Assembly: GCA_963675495.1 (NCBI GenBank)
Contig: OY776215.1
Span: 544,001-608,000, forward strand
Origin: an uncultured Methanolobus sp.
GTDB lineage: Archaea > Halobacteriota > Methanosarcinia > Methanosarcinales > Methanosarcinaceae
Direction: 5' to 3'
DNA length: 64,000 nucleotides
Part shown: positions 21,408 through 32,912 of the stretch, piece after piece
Numbering within the stretch: position 1 is the stretch's first letter
How the letters are laid out: each line of letters begins with the position of its first letter
Notes under the pieces: generated by a model
Databases searched by the model: none
The model's input: the letters and a program-made list of their open reading frames with translations, nothing else
What the model was told of the DNA's origin: nothing
Program-made: the position numbers and the translations under genes

Positions 21408-21620
21408 TCTCCTGTATAATTAAGTAAAAGTATCAATAGTATATTCAGGATATCATTATTTATGTACTTCGGTTTTTGTAATAATTATACGAAAATTAAA
21501 CCTTATACAAAATGCAAATGCTGTCTATCAGGACAGATCAGACCCAAGCTTAGTCCTCTGGATGATACCACGTTTTTAAGCGCTAAAAAAGAAAAAGTTA
21601 GAATACCGGAGATCTCCGGC

Positions 21621-21959
21621 TTACATCATTTTAGTCTGCTCGGTCTGGCGTGGCACTTTTACCACCATGAAACGGAAAAGACTATCACTTTCATTCATCA
21701 GTCTGTGAGGGATCTTTGCAGGGCTTTCTATAAGCATATCCTTAGTGACGGTTTGCTGTTCATCACCGATCTCTACGATTCCCTCGCCTTCAAGGATGTA
21801 AAAGAACACGTCAACAGGAGTTGAGTGTTTCTTTAGTGCATCACCCGGTTTGAGTTGCATGTGCATTACCTGTGCATGCTCAGTGTCATAGAGCTTGTGT
21901 ACAATGACTCCATGAGGATTGTCTTTCTTTTCTGAATCCTTGTAACTTGTTATTATCAT
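21621..21959 (-). CDS. Cupin domain protein
   Basis: LKPGD.LKKH, FYILEGEG, PAKIPH. Confidence 0.85.
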   Translation of the reverse strand: MIITSYKDSEKKDNPHGVIVHKLYDTEHAQVMHMQLKPGDALKKHSTPVDVFFYILEGEGIVEIGDEQQTVTKDMLIESPAKIPHRLMNESDSLFRFMVVKVPRQTEQTKMM

Positions 21960-22019
21960 CTGGTCACTTCCTAATAAAAAAAGAAAAAAGGGTTTTTAGC
22001 AGTTTTTCCGTTTAAAGGT

Positions 22020-23717
22020 TTAAAGAAGGACCTTGAGGTCTTCTTCAACTGTGGAATTTGGCATTATATTGAAATTCTCAACCAGAACATTGAGAACATT
22101 CGGCGAGACAAATGCTGGCAGTGTTGGTCCAAGCATGATGTTCTTTACACCAAGACTGAGCAGTGCAAGCAGGACAAGACATGCTTTCTGCTCGTACCAT
22201 GCTATATTATATGATACTGGCAGGTCGTTGATATCATCAAGTCCGAATGCCTTTGCAAGTGCCTGTGCTATGACAACCAGTGAATAGGAGTCATTACACT
22301 GTCCTGCATCAAGAACCCTTGGAATTCCACCGATATCTCCCAGGTCAAGCTTGTTGTAACGGTACTTTGCACATCCTGCTGTGAGGATGACAGTGTCCTT
22401 TGGAAGAGCTTCTGCAAAGTCTGTGTAGTAACTTCTTTCTTTATGCCTTCCGTCACATCCGGCCATGACAACGAATTTTTTGATCTGTCCTGCCTTTACA
22501 GCATCAACTATCTTATCAGCAACAGAGAGTGCGGCTACATGTGCAAAACCGCCCATGATGGTGCCTTCCTCAAGCTGCTCAGGGGATTTGCATGTCTTTG
22601 CCTGTTCGATGATGGATGAGAAGTCTTTGCCACCGTCTTCACCTGCATTGATGTGGGTTACACCGTCAAAACCAACTATTCCCGTTGTGTATATCCTGTT
22701 GATGTAGGATTCTCTTGGAGCAACGATACAGTTTGTGGTCATGAATATAGGACCATTGAACTTCTCGAATTCCTCCTTCTGCCTCCACCATGAACCGCCA
22801 TAGTTTCCAACAAAATTATCATATTTCTTGAATGCCGGATAGGAATTTCCAGGCAGCATCTCACCGTGGGTGTAAACATCAACACCTGTTCCCTGTGTTT
22901 GTTCAAGGAGCTGTTCAAGATCACGCAGGTCATGTCCGCTTATGAGGATCCCAGGATTATCCTTTACACCAATGCTTACTGCGGTTGGCTCCGGATTACC
23001 ATAGGTTGTGGTGTTTGCCTTGTCAAGCAATGCCATGGTAGCAACACCCTGTGAACCACATTCGAGTACCAGTGGGACAAGCTCATCGACACCCATCTCG
23101 TCGTCCATTGTTGCCAGGAGCGCCTTCTCAAAGAATGCCATAATGTTATCATCCTTGTATCCAAGGACACTTGCATGATGAGCATATGCAGCCATACCTT
23201 TGAGACCATAAACAAGCAGTTCCCTGAGGGAGCGGATATCCTCATTCTCAGTTGCAAGTACCCCTGTGTTTATGTTGGCAATGCTCTGCGCTGTGACCTT
23301 TGCCATTATTGGAAGTTCCTCACCTGCGTTTGGACTTGCACCAAGGAGTTTCTCTTTGATCCACCTTGGGAAAGATGAGCCGGAGTTCTCATTGAGAACC
23401 TTTGCATCCAACAATTTCTTTTTTATGCCGTCCTTTAGTTCAAAGCCTTCGTTGATCATTCTTTCGAAGTCAACTTTGCTGAAGTTGGTATTTGTAATAG
23501 TTGCAAAAAGCCCGTCAAGGATGAACTGATCGGTCTTCGCATCGTTGAGATTGTTTGCCCTTGCCTTTGAGTTGTAGAACGCGATACTTTTCAGGACATA
23601 GATAAGATCATCCTGAAGGTCTGCAACTTCTCCTTTCTTTCCACATACGCCATTCTTTGTACAGCCAGTGGCATTCATTGTTTCTTCACATTGATAACAG
23701 AACATTTTATTCACCAT
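22020..23717 (-). CDS. hcp: Hybrid cluster protein (hydroxylamine/NO reductase)
   Basis: [46 protein letters not shown]. Confidence 0.96.
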   Translation of the reverse strand: MVNKMFCYQCEETMNATGCTKNGVCGKKGEVADLQDDLIYVLKSIAFYNSKARANNLNDAKTDQFILDGLFATITNTNFSKVDFERMINEGFELKDGIKKKLLDAKVLNENSGSSFPRWIKEKLLGASPNAGEELPIMAKVTAQSIANINTGVLATENEDIRSLRELLVYGLKGMAAYAHHASVLGYKDDNIMAFFEKALLATMDDEMGVDELVPLVLECGSQGVATMALLDKANTTTYGNPEPTAVSIGVKDNPGILISGHDLRDLEQLLEQTQGTGVDVYTHGEMLPGNSYPAFKKYDNFVGNYGGSWWRQKEEFEKFNGPIFMTTNCIVAPRESYINRIYTTGIVGFDGVTHINAGEDGGKDFSSIIEQAKTCKSPEQLEEGTIMGGFAHVAALSVADKIVDAVKAGQIKKFVVMAGCDGRHKERSYYTDFAEALPKDTVILTAGCAKYRYNKLDLGDIGGIPRVLDAGQCNDSYSLVVIAQALAKAFGLDDINDLPVSYNIAWYEQKACLVLLALLSLGVKNIMLGPTLPAFVSPNVLNVLVENFNIMPNSTVEEDLKVLL

Positions 23718-24049
23718 GTTTACTACATATGATATCTTTAAGATACTGCTATATATGGGATACTAGCATATAAGGAGAAGAGTTTCCAGGTGGATACCCG
23801 TGCTCGAAAAAAATAAAATGTCATTTACAATGATCGGATTATCATCATTGTCACTCACAAGCTACTTTTCATAAGTACAGATGTCACTGTCCATTCCCTA
23901 CATTTACCCAATTGAACGATTAGTTGTCCAGACTTTATAAGTCTATCTTATGAGATAGTGGGTTTTATGATATTTCCTTGTATAGAATCGGAAAAACTCA
24001 AAAAAATGAACTAGAAAACAGAATTAAGAAAAAAAAAGCTAGAGGAGTT

Positions 24050-25471
24050 TTACTCCTCTTTTCGTCTGTTGATGATAAAGGCAAGTCCTAGTATCGCTAC
24101 TATTGGAAGAGCAACGGTTGGGAACTCAGGGATCTGCTCAGATGGTTCATCAAGTTCATCAGTTACTTCAATTTCCCAGATTTTTGTAACCTTGTTGGAG
24201 GTAACGGTTTCCTGCTGGCTGTCAACAAAGCTGGCAATAATAGTATCAGTCCCTTCATCGGCACCAATGTACGTGAAAGTTGCTTCACCATTGCTGTCAG
24301 TGTATGCTGAAGTGTTCATTCCTGCGTGTGGTCCTGTAACTACCTCAAAAATAACTTCCTTTGATTCTACAGGGTTACCTGCATCATCCTGAACAGTTGC
24401 TGTCACCGTATGGGAAGTTCCAACCAGGTTTGTTGCTGATGCCGGGCTGAGAACTATTCCTTCTCCCACTACAGCTACAGTTGATTTAAGGTCGAAGTAT
24501 GCAAAGAATATGTTGTCATCGTTTGAAGGATTTTGTGTGTGCACAGTGATTGTGCTATCCCCATCCTCTACAAAGTCAAGGATGTTGTACAACTCATCAT
24601 CCAGGCGAGGGTCTGAGTAAGCGGTTTGATTTGGGTCTGCAGGATTTGCATTGCTGTCATCCAGACCACCTACTGTGATCAATTCACCGTTTGAAGATTC
24701 GCCATCATCTTCTCCACCAGCTGCAGAAGTAAGTCTCTGTCCATTCACATTGACTATACTGTATTGGCTGTCACCTGACTGGTAGCTGAAGGATATACCA
24801 AGTCCCATATCAAAACTCATATCAGGAGTACTTGTGTCTATAGGTTCTGCAAGGAGCAGGTTGAATGTGTCTCCGTCAGTGCTCTGTGCACCAAAGAGAA
24901 GAACGATGGTGTTATCGTCTACCTGATCAGGGTCATCAAAAATGACCACCAGTACTGTTCCATCAACGTAGTATGCATCACTTTCGGTTATTGTGAAGTC
25001 TACCCTTCCTGTCGAAGCGCCGTCGATCTTTGCTTTTACAAGGGGTGTGACATCTGCCCAGTGGTTGTAAGTATATTTATTGACAGAGAGATCCCAGTTA
25101 ACAGGTTGACCGTCTATTGTCACTTGGCCATCTGCTATTGGACCAGCGTTCCAAAGAGACACACCAACCATGTATGCTGATCTTACGGTTGCACCTGCAG
25201 GTTTTTCTACCTGAATGATACCAGCTCCATCTGTTCCAAGTCCGTCAACTGAAAGACTGATCTTCCCTGTCTCCGTGACTACTGGAGCAAGACTTGTGGA
25301 TACAGGTGCAGCCAGAGCCATAGGTGCCACTGATGCTGTCCTCAGTGTTGTTTCTTCACCTGTACCAGGTGTTGTTTCAGCTGCACTTGCTGCCATCATA
25401 AAAGCTGATGACAGAACAGCAAAACATAGGAAAATGGTCATTATGTTTTTAATTTGTTTTTTTGCTATCAT
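24050..25471 (-). CDS. PEF-CTERM surface protein with Ig-like domain
   Basis: Signal peptide, Big-1-like segment (TDSNGEATFTY), C-terminal IPEFPT plus TM and RRK. Confidence 0.85.
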   Translation of the reverse strand: MIAKKQIKNIMTIFLCFAVLSSAFMMAASAAETTPGTGEETTLRTASVAPMALAAPVSTSLAPVVTETGKISLSVDGLGTDGAGIIQVEKPAGATVRSAYMVGVSLWNAGPIADGQVTIDGQPVNWDLSVNKYTYNHWADVTPLVKAKIDGASTGRVDFTITESDAYYVDGTVLVVIFDDPDQVDDNTIVLLFGAQSTDGDTFNLLLAEPIDTSTPDMSFDMGLGISFSYQSGDSQYSIVNVNGQRLTSAAGGEDDGESSNGELITVGGLDDSNANPADPNQTAYSDPRLDDELYNILDFVEDGDSTITVHTQNPSNDDNIFFAYFDLKSTVAVVGEGIVLSPASATNLVGTSHTVTATVQDDAGNPVESKEVIFEVVTGPHAGMNTSAYTDSNGEATFTYIGADEGTDTIIASFVDSQQETVTSNKVTKIWEIEVTDELDEPSEQIPEFPTVALPIVAILGLAFIINRRKEE

Positions 25472-26035
25472 ATAATACCACCCTTACTTTAGTACTTTCT
25501 CAAGTAAACAAGTAAGTCTACATGAACATATGAACAGTTAATATATAAATATATTTTTTTATCTACTTTTTTAAATAATTGATCAGCACGAAATCATAAT
25601 GATAATGAGATACAAGCAACCTAGTAACAGTTGATTAAATATTGATAAGTAATGTTTTAAGATGTTTTATTAGATCAGAGACTTCACGCCAGATGTTTCC
25701 AGAGTACCGAGGAACCAGTCTGTAAACAAAGAATATAAAGTCTATATTTTCAAAATTATAGAAAATATACGATTGCACAGGCTTATAATGAACAATGAAT
25801 CAAAAAACAACATTTCCTAATGTTTTAATCTGTGCAATGAAACGACATATCAGCACATTATTTGACTTTTAGAATACATCTGAATATTATCCAATAAATG
25901 ATGCAAATATATATGAAATCCGTAATTTTTTACCAAATATGAATCCTGCAAAACCCGGTTAAATGGTTTTTCACCAATCATCCAAAACTATATCACCCCG
26001 AAAGTCATTTTTTCCTGCAAAAAGGAGCCAACAAT

Positions 26036-28390
26036 ATGCGAATCGGAGTATACATATGTCATTGCGGACTGAATATCGCGCACACCATAAACGTAGAGTC
26101 ACTCAGGGACAAGGTTAGTGAGCTTGATGGCGTTGAGGTGGCCAAGGACATACAGTTCATGTGTTCCGATTCGGGACAGGAATCTATAGTTCAGGACATA
26201 ACAGACCTTGATCTTAATCATATACTTGTGGCTGCCTGTTCTCCTCACCTGCACGAGCAGACATTCAAGAGAGTGCTTGAAAAGGCGGGTCTAAATCCCT
26301 TCATGCTGGAAATGGTCAACATCCGTGAACAATGCTCATGGGTGCATATGGAAAACCCGCAGATGGCAACCCAGAAAGCGTGCGACCTTATACGAATGGG
26401 TATAGCCAGGCTTAAACTGCTGGACCCATTGCAACTTAAGAAAGTGCCTGTAACAAAAGACGTACTTATTATTGGAGGCGGTGTTGCCGGAATAGAGGCT
26501 GCACTTACCCTTGCTAACTCCGGTTACCACGTCCATATGGTTGAGAAAGAGCCCACTATCGGTGGGAAGATGGCGCTGCTCAACGAAGTGTTCCCAACCA
26601 ATGACTGCTCAATCTGTGTGCTGGCCCCAAAGATGACAGACGTGAACCAGCACCCGAATATCGACCTTATAACGCTTGCAGAAGTTACCGGGGTCATGGG
26701 TCCTGTTGGAAATTTCCAGGTAACAGTAACAAAAAAGCCCAGATATATCATAGAAGACAGATGCAAGGGCTGCGTGGACGAATGTGGTCGTGTCTGCCCG
26801 GTGGAAATACCCAACAGGTTCGACAGTGGACTTGGAAAGACAAAAGCCATCAATATGCCGATCCCACAGGCAGTACCGCAAGTGGTCTATATCGACAACG
26901 AATTCTGCGTGGGCTGCGGACTGTGCAAACAGGCATGTCCGGCCGATGCGATCGATTACCATCAGAAAGAGGAAACTATTGAGTTCACAGTGGGTGCGAT
27001 CATCCTTGCAACAGGATACGATCATTTCGATGCATCCCGCAAGCAGGAGTACGGTTATGGCATCTATCCTGACGTTATTACGAACATGGAACTTGAGCGC
27101 CTGCTCAACGCTTCCGGCCCCACAAAAGGTAAAGTGCTCTCCCCGTCAACGTTGGAAATACCAAAGAAAGTTGCTTTCATACAATGTGTCGGTTCAAGGG
27201 ATGAAAAGGTCGGCAACCCCTATTGTTCAAGGGTCTGCTGCATGTCCAGCATGAAGAACGCACAGCTTCTCAAGGAACGCTATCCAGATATTGACATTAC
27301 CATTCATTACATAGACATCCGCGCATCCGGTGAGATGTACGAGGAATATTATACACGCACTCAGGAGATGGGCATCAATTTCGTTCGCGGTAAAGTGGGT
27401 GAGATCCTGCAGGACGGACTGGGAAAACTGAACCTGCGTTATGAAGATACTCTTAGTGGCGAGATTTACGAGGAATCCTCTGACCTTGTTGTCCTTGCAA
27501 CAGGCATGGAGAACGTCAAAGATGCTGACAGGATATCCAGGGTACTGAACCTTACAAGACGCAGCGACCGTTTCTTCTCCATAGCTCATCCAAAGATGCG
27601 ACCTGTTGACTCACATGTAAAAGGTATATACATCGCAGGCTGTGCGTCCGGTCCCAAGGAGATACAGGTATCCATAGCACAGGGAAGTGCTGCTGCTGCC
27701 AAGGCAATACAGCTTCTGGCAAAGGGCGAGATCGAAATGGACCCGCTCTGCGCTCATGTGAACCCGGATAAATGCATCGGCTGCGGTATATGTGTGGATG
27801 TATGCAAATTCAACAAGATCAGTCTTGTTGACCGCAAAGCAGTGGTGGACGAACTGTCGTGTATGGGTTGCGGTGCATGCAGTGCATCATGTCCGGCTGA
27901 TGCCATATGGATGCGCAATAGCACCGATGAGCAAATAATCGCCCAGATACACGCCGCCATCGAAGTCAAGTCAGAATTCCCCCTCATTATCGCATTCCTA
28001 TGCAACTGGTGTAGTTACACATGTGCAGACCTTGCCGGTACATCAAGGATACAATACCCCACTAACATCCGTGTCATTCGCGTCATGTGTGCCGGACGTG
28101 TGGACCCGTCATTTGTTCTTGAAGCACTTGAAAGCGGAGCAGACGGAGTGCTCGTTGCAGGATGCCGACTTGGGGAATGCCACTACACTTTCGCGAATTA
28201 TAATGCAAAAAACAGGATGGAAGCCCTGAAGGAAGTACTTGCAGATGTAGGCATAGACCCTGGACGCCTTAACGTGGAATGGATATCTGCCTCCGAAGGT
28301 GAGAGATTCGCCAGTTCTATTGAAGGATTTGTTGAATATCTTGAAAAGATAGGGCCTATAGGCTCTGAACTCACGGGGGCAAAACAGTGA
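26036..28390 (+). CDS. hdrA: Heterodisulfide reductase subunit A fused to MvhD
   Basis: GVYICHCG, NIREQCSWVH, GGGVAG, CVGSRD, YCSRVCC; C-terminal MvhD (CNWCSY, RVMCAGRVD, GCRLGECHY). Confidence 0.95.
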   Translation: MRIGVYICHCGLNIAHTINVESLRDKVSELDGVEVAKDIQFMCSDSGQESIVQDITDLDLNHILVAACSPHLHEQTFKRVLEKAGLNPFMLEMVNIREQCSWVHMENPQMATQKACDLIRMGIARLKLLDPLQLKKVPVTKDVLIIGGGVAGIEAALTLANSGYHVHMVEKEPTIGGKMALLNEVFPTNDCSICVLAPKMTDVNQHPNIDLITLAEVTGVMGPVGNFQVTVTKKPRYIIEDRCKGCVDECGRVCPVEIPNRFDSGLGKTKAINMPIPQAVPQVVYIDNEFCVGCGLCKQACPADAIDYHQKEETIEFTVGAIILATGYDHFDASRKQEYGYGIYPDVITNMELERLLNASGPTKGKVLSPSTLEIPKKVAFIQCVGSRDEKVGNPYCSRVCCMSSMKNAQLLKERYPDIDITIHYIDIRASGEMYEEYYTRTQEMGINFVRGKVGEILQDGLGKLNLRYEDTLSGEIYEESSDLVVLATGMENVKDADRISRVLNLTRRSDRFFSIAHPKMRPVDSHVKGIYIAGCASGPKEIQVSIAQGSAAAAKAIQLLAKGEIEMDPLCAHVNPDKCIGCGICVDVCKFNKISLVDRKAVVDELSCMGCGACSASCPADAIWMRNSTDEQIIAQIHAAIEVKSEFPLIIAFLCNWCSYTCADLAGTSRIQYPTNIRVIRVMCAGRVDPSFVLEALESGADGVLVAGCRLGECHYTFANYNAKNRMEALKEVLADVGIDPGRLNVEWISASEGERFASSIEGFVEYLEKIGPIGSELTGAKQ

Positions 28391-29718
28391 GCGAAGAATG
28401 CAGGGAAAGCTCGCTCTGTGTCGAGAAAGACATGGACATCGACGGTTCCCACTTCATCTATCGCCAGATAAGCAACCAATCTGTGAAATTCCTTGATTAC
28501 GATTACAAGAGATGTGTGGGCTGTGGTATTTGTGTTGGCCTCTGTCCCACAATGGCTCTGGAACTAGGACCCATGCAGGAGATATCCACAGGACTGGATG
28601 CTCCACCTGTAATGATGGACCTTGATAAGTGTACTTTCTGTTCCATGTGTGCCAACTTCTGCCCAGTCCACGCCTTTAAGATGAGCGAAGAAGGTGATTT
28701 CCCGGATAACGATGAATTCCCAACATACGATTCCTATGTAAGGATGAACGAGAAATGCCTGCCATGTGCGCTTTGTAAGGCTGCATGCCCCGAGGATGCC
28801 ATCGATGTAGAGTTCAGCTTCCTAAAAAAAGAGGACATCGCGCCCTTCAAAGAAGATGTTGAGGGCGAGATAGAGATAGATACTGATAAATGCAACTTCT
28901 GCGGCCTGTGTGCAGAGTTCTGTGAAGCATTTCTGCTTGTAGAAAAAGAAACTACTCCAACTGACCCGCAGCCTTTTGAACTGCTGCTGGTAGACGAGGA
29001 TAAATGCGACTACTGTGTGCTCTGCCAGGATCTGTGTCCTGAGGATGCCATAAAGGTCACTGGAGAAAAAAGAGGCAAAGCTCCTGAGATCGAAGGTATT
29101 GTCACTGTAGATGACGATAAATGTACCCGATGTACCTGGTGTCAGGTTGTCTGCCCCTACGAAGCGGTTGATCTTAGGAAGCAGTTTGAGGGCGAACTTG
29201 CACTTATAGAAGTAAATGTCGATAAATGTGACCCGCAGGGCTGCCACGGTTGTTTTAATGTGTGCCCTTCCCACCTCTGGTATGTACCTGAGGACGGAAC
29301 TAAGATCGCGATAAAGGAAGATTATTGCACCTACTGTGGTGCCTGTGTCAATGCATGCCCCAAGGATGTGATGAAAGTCACCCGTACGAAGGTTCACCAC
29401 ACGGAGATCCCTGAATCACCATGGGCAGAACAGTGGAGAAATGCAGTGGATTCCATGGTCACCGGAAAGAGAGAGCACCCGGATATTTCCAGGACCCTTG
29501 TTGTGGAGAAGGAAGAACAGAAGGAACATGTGGAAGTGGAACTGCCACAGATCGATGGCTCACTCCTCAAACTCGCAAAAGAACGTCTTGAGAAGGCAAA
29601 GCCCTTGCTTGACAATGTAAAAATAAGGAAGATGCTTGAGGATAGTCCTTCTGAAAAGCAGAAGGAAGAGTTCCGTAAAAGGATAGGAGCAGATGCAAGC
29701 AATAAGTCCAAACAATAA
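28387..29718 (+). CDS. Polyferredoxin
   Basis: About eight CxxCxxCxxxCP-type motifs; overlaps hdrA stop. Confidence 0.9.
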   Translation: MSEECRESSLCVEKDMDIDGSHFIYRQISNQSVKFLDYDYKRCVGCGICVGLCPTMALELGPMQEISTGLDAPPVMMDLDKCTFCSMCANFCPVHAFKMSEEGDFPDNDEFPTYDSYVRMNEKCLPCALCKAACPEDAIDVEFSFLKKEDIAPFKEDVEGEIEIDTDKCNFCGLCAEFCEAFLLVEKETTPTDPQPFELLLVDEDKCDYCVLCQDLCPEDAIKVTGEKRGKAPEIEGIVTVDDDKCTRCTWCQVVCPYEAVDLRKQFEGELALIEVNVDKCDPQGCHGCFNVCPSHLWYVPEDGTKIAIKEDYCTYCGACVNACPKDVMKVTRTKVHHTEIPESPWAEQWRNAVDSMVTGKREHPDISRTLVVEKEEQKEHVEVELPQIDGSLLKLAKERLEKAKPLLDNVKIRKMLEDSPSEKQKEEFRKRIGADASNKSKQ

Positions 29719-29831
29719 CTATATACATGCGTGTGCGTTTTCTTGTGTAGATATCCACATGTTGATTACTAAATTACGATCAATCAATTACTATCAATTC
29801 AAATTATTCATTTATATCGGTGAGATTTTCC

Positions 29832-31733
29832 ATGAGTGATAAATTCAACTATGCTGAACTGGGTTTGAAATGCGGTCTTGAGATTCACCAGCAACTTGAT
29901 TCAAAAGAGAAACTTTTCTGCAGGTGTCCTACACGAATAAGGAACATTGAAGAATCCAACCACGAATTCTTCCGCTATCTCCGACCCACAGCAAGTGAGA
30001 TGGGAGAAACTGACAGGGCTGCCCTGGAACAGTCCAAACTCAAACGTAAATACGTTTACAAGGCATACGATAGCACCTGCCTTGTGGAAAATGATGACGA
30101 GCCTCCCACTGAGTTAAACAAGGAATCCCTTGACATCGCTCTTAGCATCACAAAGCTCCTGAACATGGTACCTGTTGACCAGATACACATGATGCGCAAG
30201 ATAGTTGTCGATGGTTCCAACACATCCGGATTCCAGAGAACCGCTTTTCTTGCAAAGGACGGTCATCTTGACACTTCGGTCGGTCCTGTTGGTGTCGGTG
30301 TACTATGCCTTGAGGAAGAGGCATGCCAGAAGATAGAGGACAAGGGAGATTCTATAATATACTCACTTGACCGTCTGGGAATCCCGCTGGTCGAGATAGG
30401 CACAGACCCTGATATCATTTCCCCGGCACATGCAAAGGAAACCGCACAGCAGATAGGTATGCTGCTGCGTTCCACCGGAAAGGTTAAGCGTGGACTTGGA
30501 ACCATACGCCAGGACGTAAACATATCCATCGCAAGAGGTTCACGTATTGAACTGAAAGGTGTTCAGGCTCTGGATATGATAGAGACCATGGTCGAGCGTG
30601 AAGTTGAGCGCCAGGTAAATCTTCTTACAATGATGGATGAACTGCTTGAGCGCGGTGCATCCGTATGTGATACTATTTTTGATGTTACGGAACTCTTCAT
30701 GGAAACAAAGTCCAAGGTCATCAAAAAGACAATCAAGAAGGGGAAGGTATATGCCGTTCTTCTGCATGGATTTGACGGATTCGTGGGCAGGGAAGTTCAG
30801 CCCGGCAGGCGGCTTGGTACCGAGTTCTCAGACCGTGCAAAAACATCCGGTGTCGGTGGTATATTCCACACAGACGAGCTTCCAAGTTATGGGATAAGCG
30901 AAGAAGAGGTCCATGCACTGCGCACAGAAGTTGGTGCTGTTGAGAATGATGCTGTTGTAATGGTTGCAGACCGTGAGAAACGTGCGTGGGGTGCAATGGA
31001 AAGTGTGATCATCCGTGCAAAGGAAGCTCTTGAAGGTGTTCCTGAAGAAACACGCAGGGCACTCCCGGACGGTAATAGCTCATACCTCAGACCGCTCCCA
31101 GGTGCTGCAAGGATGTACCCTGAGACAGATGTCCCTCAGGTGAATATCTCCGGTGATTACTTCGATGCTATAGAAATACCAGAGCTGTTAACTGAAAGGG
31201 CAAAGCGTTTTGAATCGGACTTCGGGCTCCACAAAGAACTTGCCGAGAAGATAGCTTACTCCACATACCTCCCTCTTTTTGAAGAGATAATGCAGATGCT
31301 TGATGACAATGATAATGTCAACGCAACCCTTGTGGTTAGAACACTTACAGGAACACTGCAGGAACTGAAACGTGACGGTGTGGAGATCGATAAACTTGAG
31401 GACAGGAATCTCATAGATGTGTTCAGTTTCCTTGCCGAAGGTGGCGTAGCAAAAGAAGCGATCGATGGTCTGCTTCGTGCTATTGCTGGTGAACCGGGCC
31501 TGTGCGCAAAGGATGCGGCATCAAAGATGGGACTTGGAAACCTTGATATCTCTGAGGTCGAGAACATGGTCGATAAGATCATTGATAAACGCCAGGATTT
31601 CGTTAAGGAAAAGGGGCTTGGAGCTGTTGGTCCACTCATGGGTGTAGTAATGGCCGAAGTTCGCGGAAAGGTTGACGGAAAGGTTTTGAGCGAGATATTA
31701 AAACAAAAGATTAATAAATATATAGATACATAA
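29832..31733 (+). CDS. gatE: Glutamyl-tRNA(Gln) amidotransferase subunit E
   Basis: [45 protein letters not shown]. Confidence 0.97.
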   Translation: MSDKFNYAELGLKCGLEIHQQLDSKEKLFCRCPTRIRNIEESNHEFFRYLRPTASEMGETDRAALEQSKLKRKYVYKAYDSTCLVENDDEPPTELNKESLDIALSITKLLNMVPVDQIHMMRKIVVDGSNTSGFQRTAFLAKDGHLDTSVGPVGVGVLCLEEEACQKIEDKGDSIIYSLDRLGIPLVEIGTDPDIISPAHAKETAQQIGMLLRSTGKVKRGLGTIRQDVNISIARGSRIELKGVQALDMIETMVEREVERQVNLLTMMDELLERGASVCDTIFDVTELFMETKSKVIKKTIKKGKVYAVLLHGFDGFVGREVQPGRRLGTEFSDRAKTSGVGGIFHTDELPSYGISEEEVHALRTEVGAVENDAVVMVADREKRAWGAMESVIIRAKEALEGVPEETRRALPDGNSSYLRPLPGAARMYPETDVPQVNISGDYFDAIEIPELLTERAKRFESDFGLHKELAEKIAYSTYLPLFEEIMQMLDDNDNVNATLVVRTLTGTLQELKRDGVEIDKLEDRNLIDVFSFLAEGGVAKEAIDGLLRAIAGEPGLCAKDAASKMGLGNLDISEVENMVDKIIDKRQDFVKEKGLGAVGPLMGVVMAEVRGKVDGKVLSEILKQKINKYIDT

Positions 31734-31740
31734 TATATTT

Positions 31741-32817
31741 TTGATGTGCTTGTCTTTTACTATCCGGTTTGGAAAAACTGTGAGCAGAGGTTTTCTCCTG
31801 CTTACTTTTCTGATTTTATTTGTATCATCTGTATCTGCTTCTGTGACAATAGAAAGCAATGAGAAACTAAGCAATATTACGAACGCCAACCATCCATCGT
31901 GGAGTCCGGATGGGGAAAAGATCGTATTTGCTGCCAACCAGGCAATATGGATCATGAACAGTGATGGTTCCGGGCAAAAAAAACTATATGACGGAATGGC
32001 CTGGGAAGGAGACCCGGTGTTCAATGATGACGGTACAAAGATATATTTTGCCGCTGAGAGTAAAAAAGCCTATTCCGCACGTTATATCAGTATCCATGTG
32101 ATGAATTCTGACGGTAGCAACGGCCTGAAACTGACCGAAAATGCCGATTCAAGAGGACCTTCCGTAAATCCCGATGGGAGCAGACTGGTATATTCATCAC
32201 GCGTCTCAGGAAATTATGACATATGGACCATGGCAACTGATGGAACAGATAATATCCGGCTTACTGATGGAGAAGGGGATGAAATGTCACCTTCATGGGA
32301 TCCGGAAGGAAACACGATCGTTTATTCTTCTTCCGGAGATATATTTACAATAGGCATCGATTCCGTTAGACCAATTGGACTTATACAGGACCCTAACAAC
32401 AATATTGAACCTGCGTATAGCCCGGATGGCGGAACCATAGTATACGCCTCTGATGTCGGCCGAGACTATGACCTGTGGCTGATGGATCCCAGTGGCAACT
32501 CACAGATCAAACTGACCAGTGACCTATCTTCTGAGAGAGCACCTGCATGGAGTCCGGATGGCAGGAAAATTGCCTATGTATCCAACAGGGACGGGGAATA
32601 CAATATATGGGTCATGACACTTGGAGACGAGGATATCGAATTTGAGCTCACGGAAAAAACTGTGGACATTGAAGAAAATCCGATCAGCAACGCCCAACTT
32701 GTGAAACTACGCGAGTATGCAATAGATAAACCCCGGGAGTTCATAGGTATAGTACTTTTGTTTTCTTTCGTATTTGTTGTGTTGATCGTGGGATCTTTTA
32801 TGCGTAAGATCTCATGA
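31741..32817 (+). CDS. TolB-like (PD40 repeat) beta-propeller protein, membrane anchored
   Basis: Repeated P.WSPDG..I.(F/Y) motifs, signal peptide, C-terminal TM. Confidence 0.85.
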   Translation: MMCLSFTIRFGKTVSRGFLLLTFLILFVSSVSASVTIESNEKLSNITNANHPSWSPDGEKIVFAANQAIWIMNSDGSGQKKLYDGMAWEGDPVFNDDGTKIYFAAESKKAYSARYISIHVMNSDGSNGLKLTENADSRGPSVNPDGSRLVYSSRVSGNYDIWTMATDGTDNIRLTDGEGDEMSPSWDPEGNTIVYSSSGDIFTIGIDSVRPIGLIQDPNNNIEPAYSPDGGTIVYASDVGRDYDLWLMDPSGNSQIKLTSDLSSERAPAWSPDGRKIAYVSNRDGEYNIWVMTLGDEDIEFELTEKTVDIEENPISNAQLVKLREYAIDKPREFIGIVLLFSFVFVVLIVGSFMRKIS

Positions 32818-32912
32818 TCGTTCTTTTTTACATAAGTTCCTGCAAAAAAAAGCAGAGAAGTCCATCGCAATGCTTATAGCCTATTCATCGCATGTATTCG
32901 CAGGTTCTTAAG

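Noticed and set aside
26036-29718. HdrA-MvhD fusion with polyferredoxin and no hdrBC as a novelty
   Set aside because: Already described in Methanosarcinales (HdrA2)
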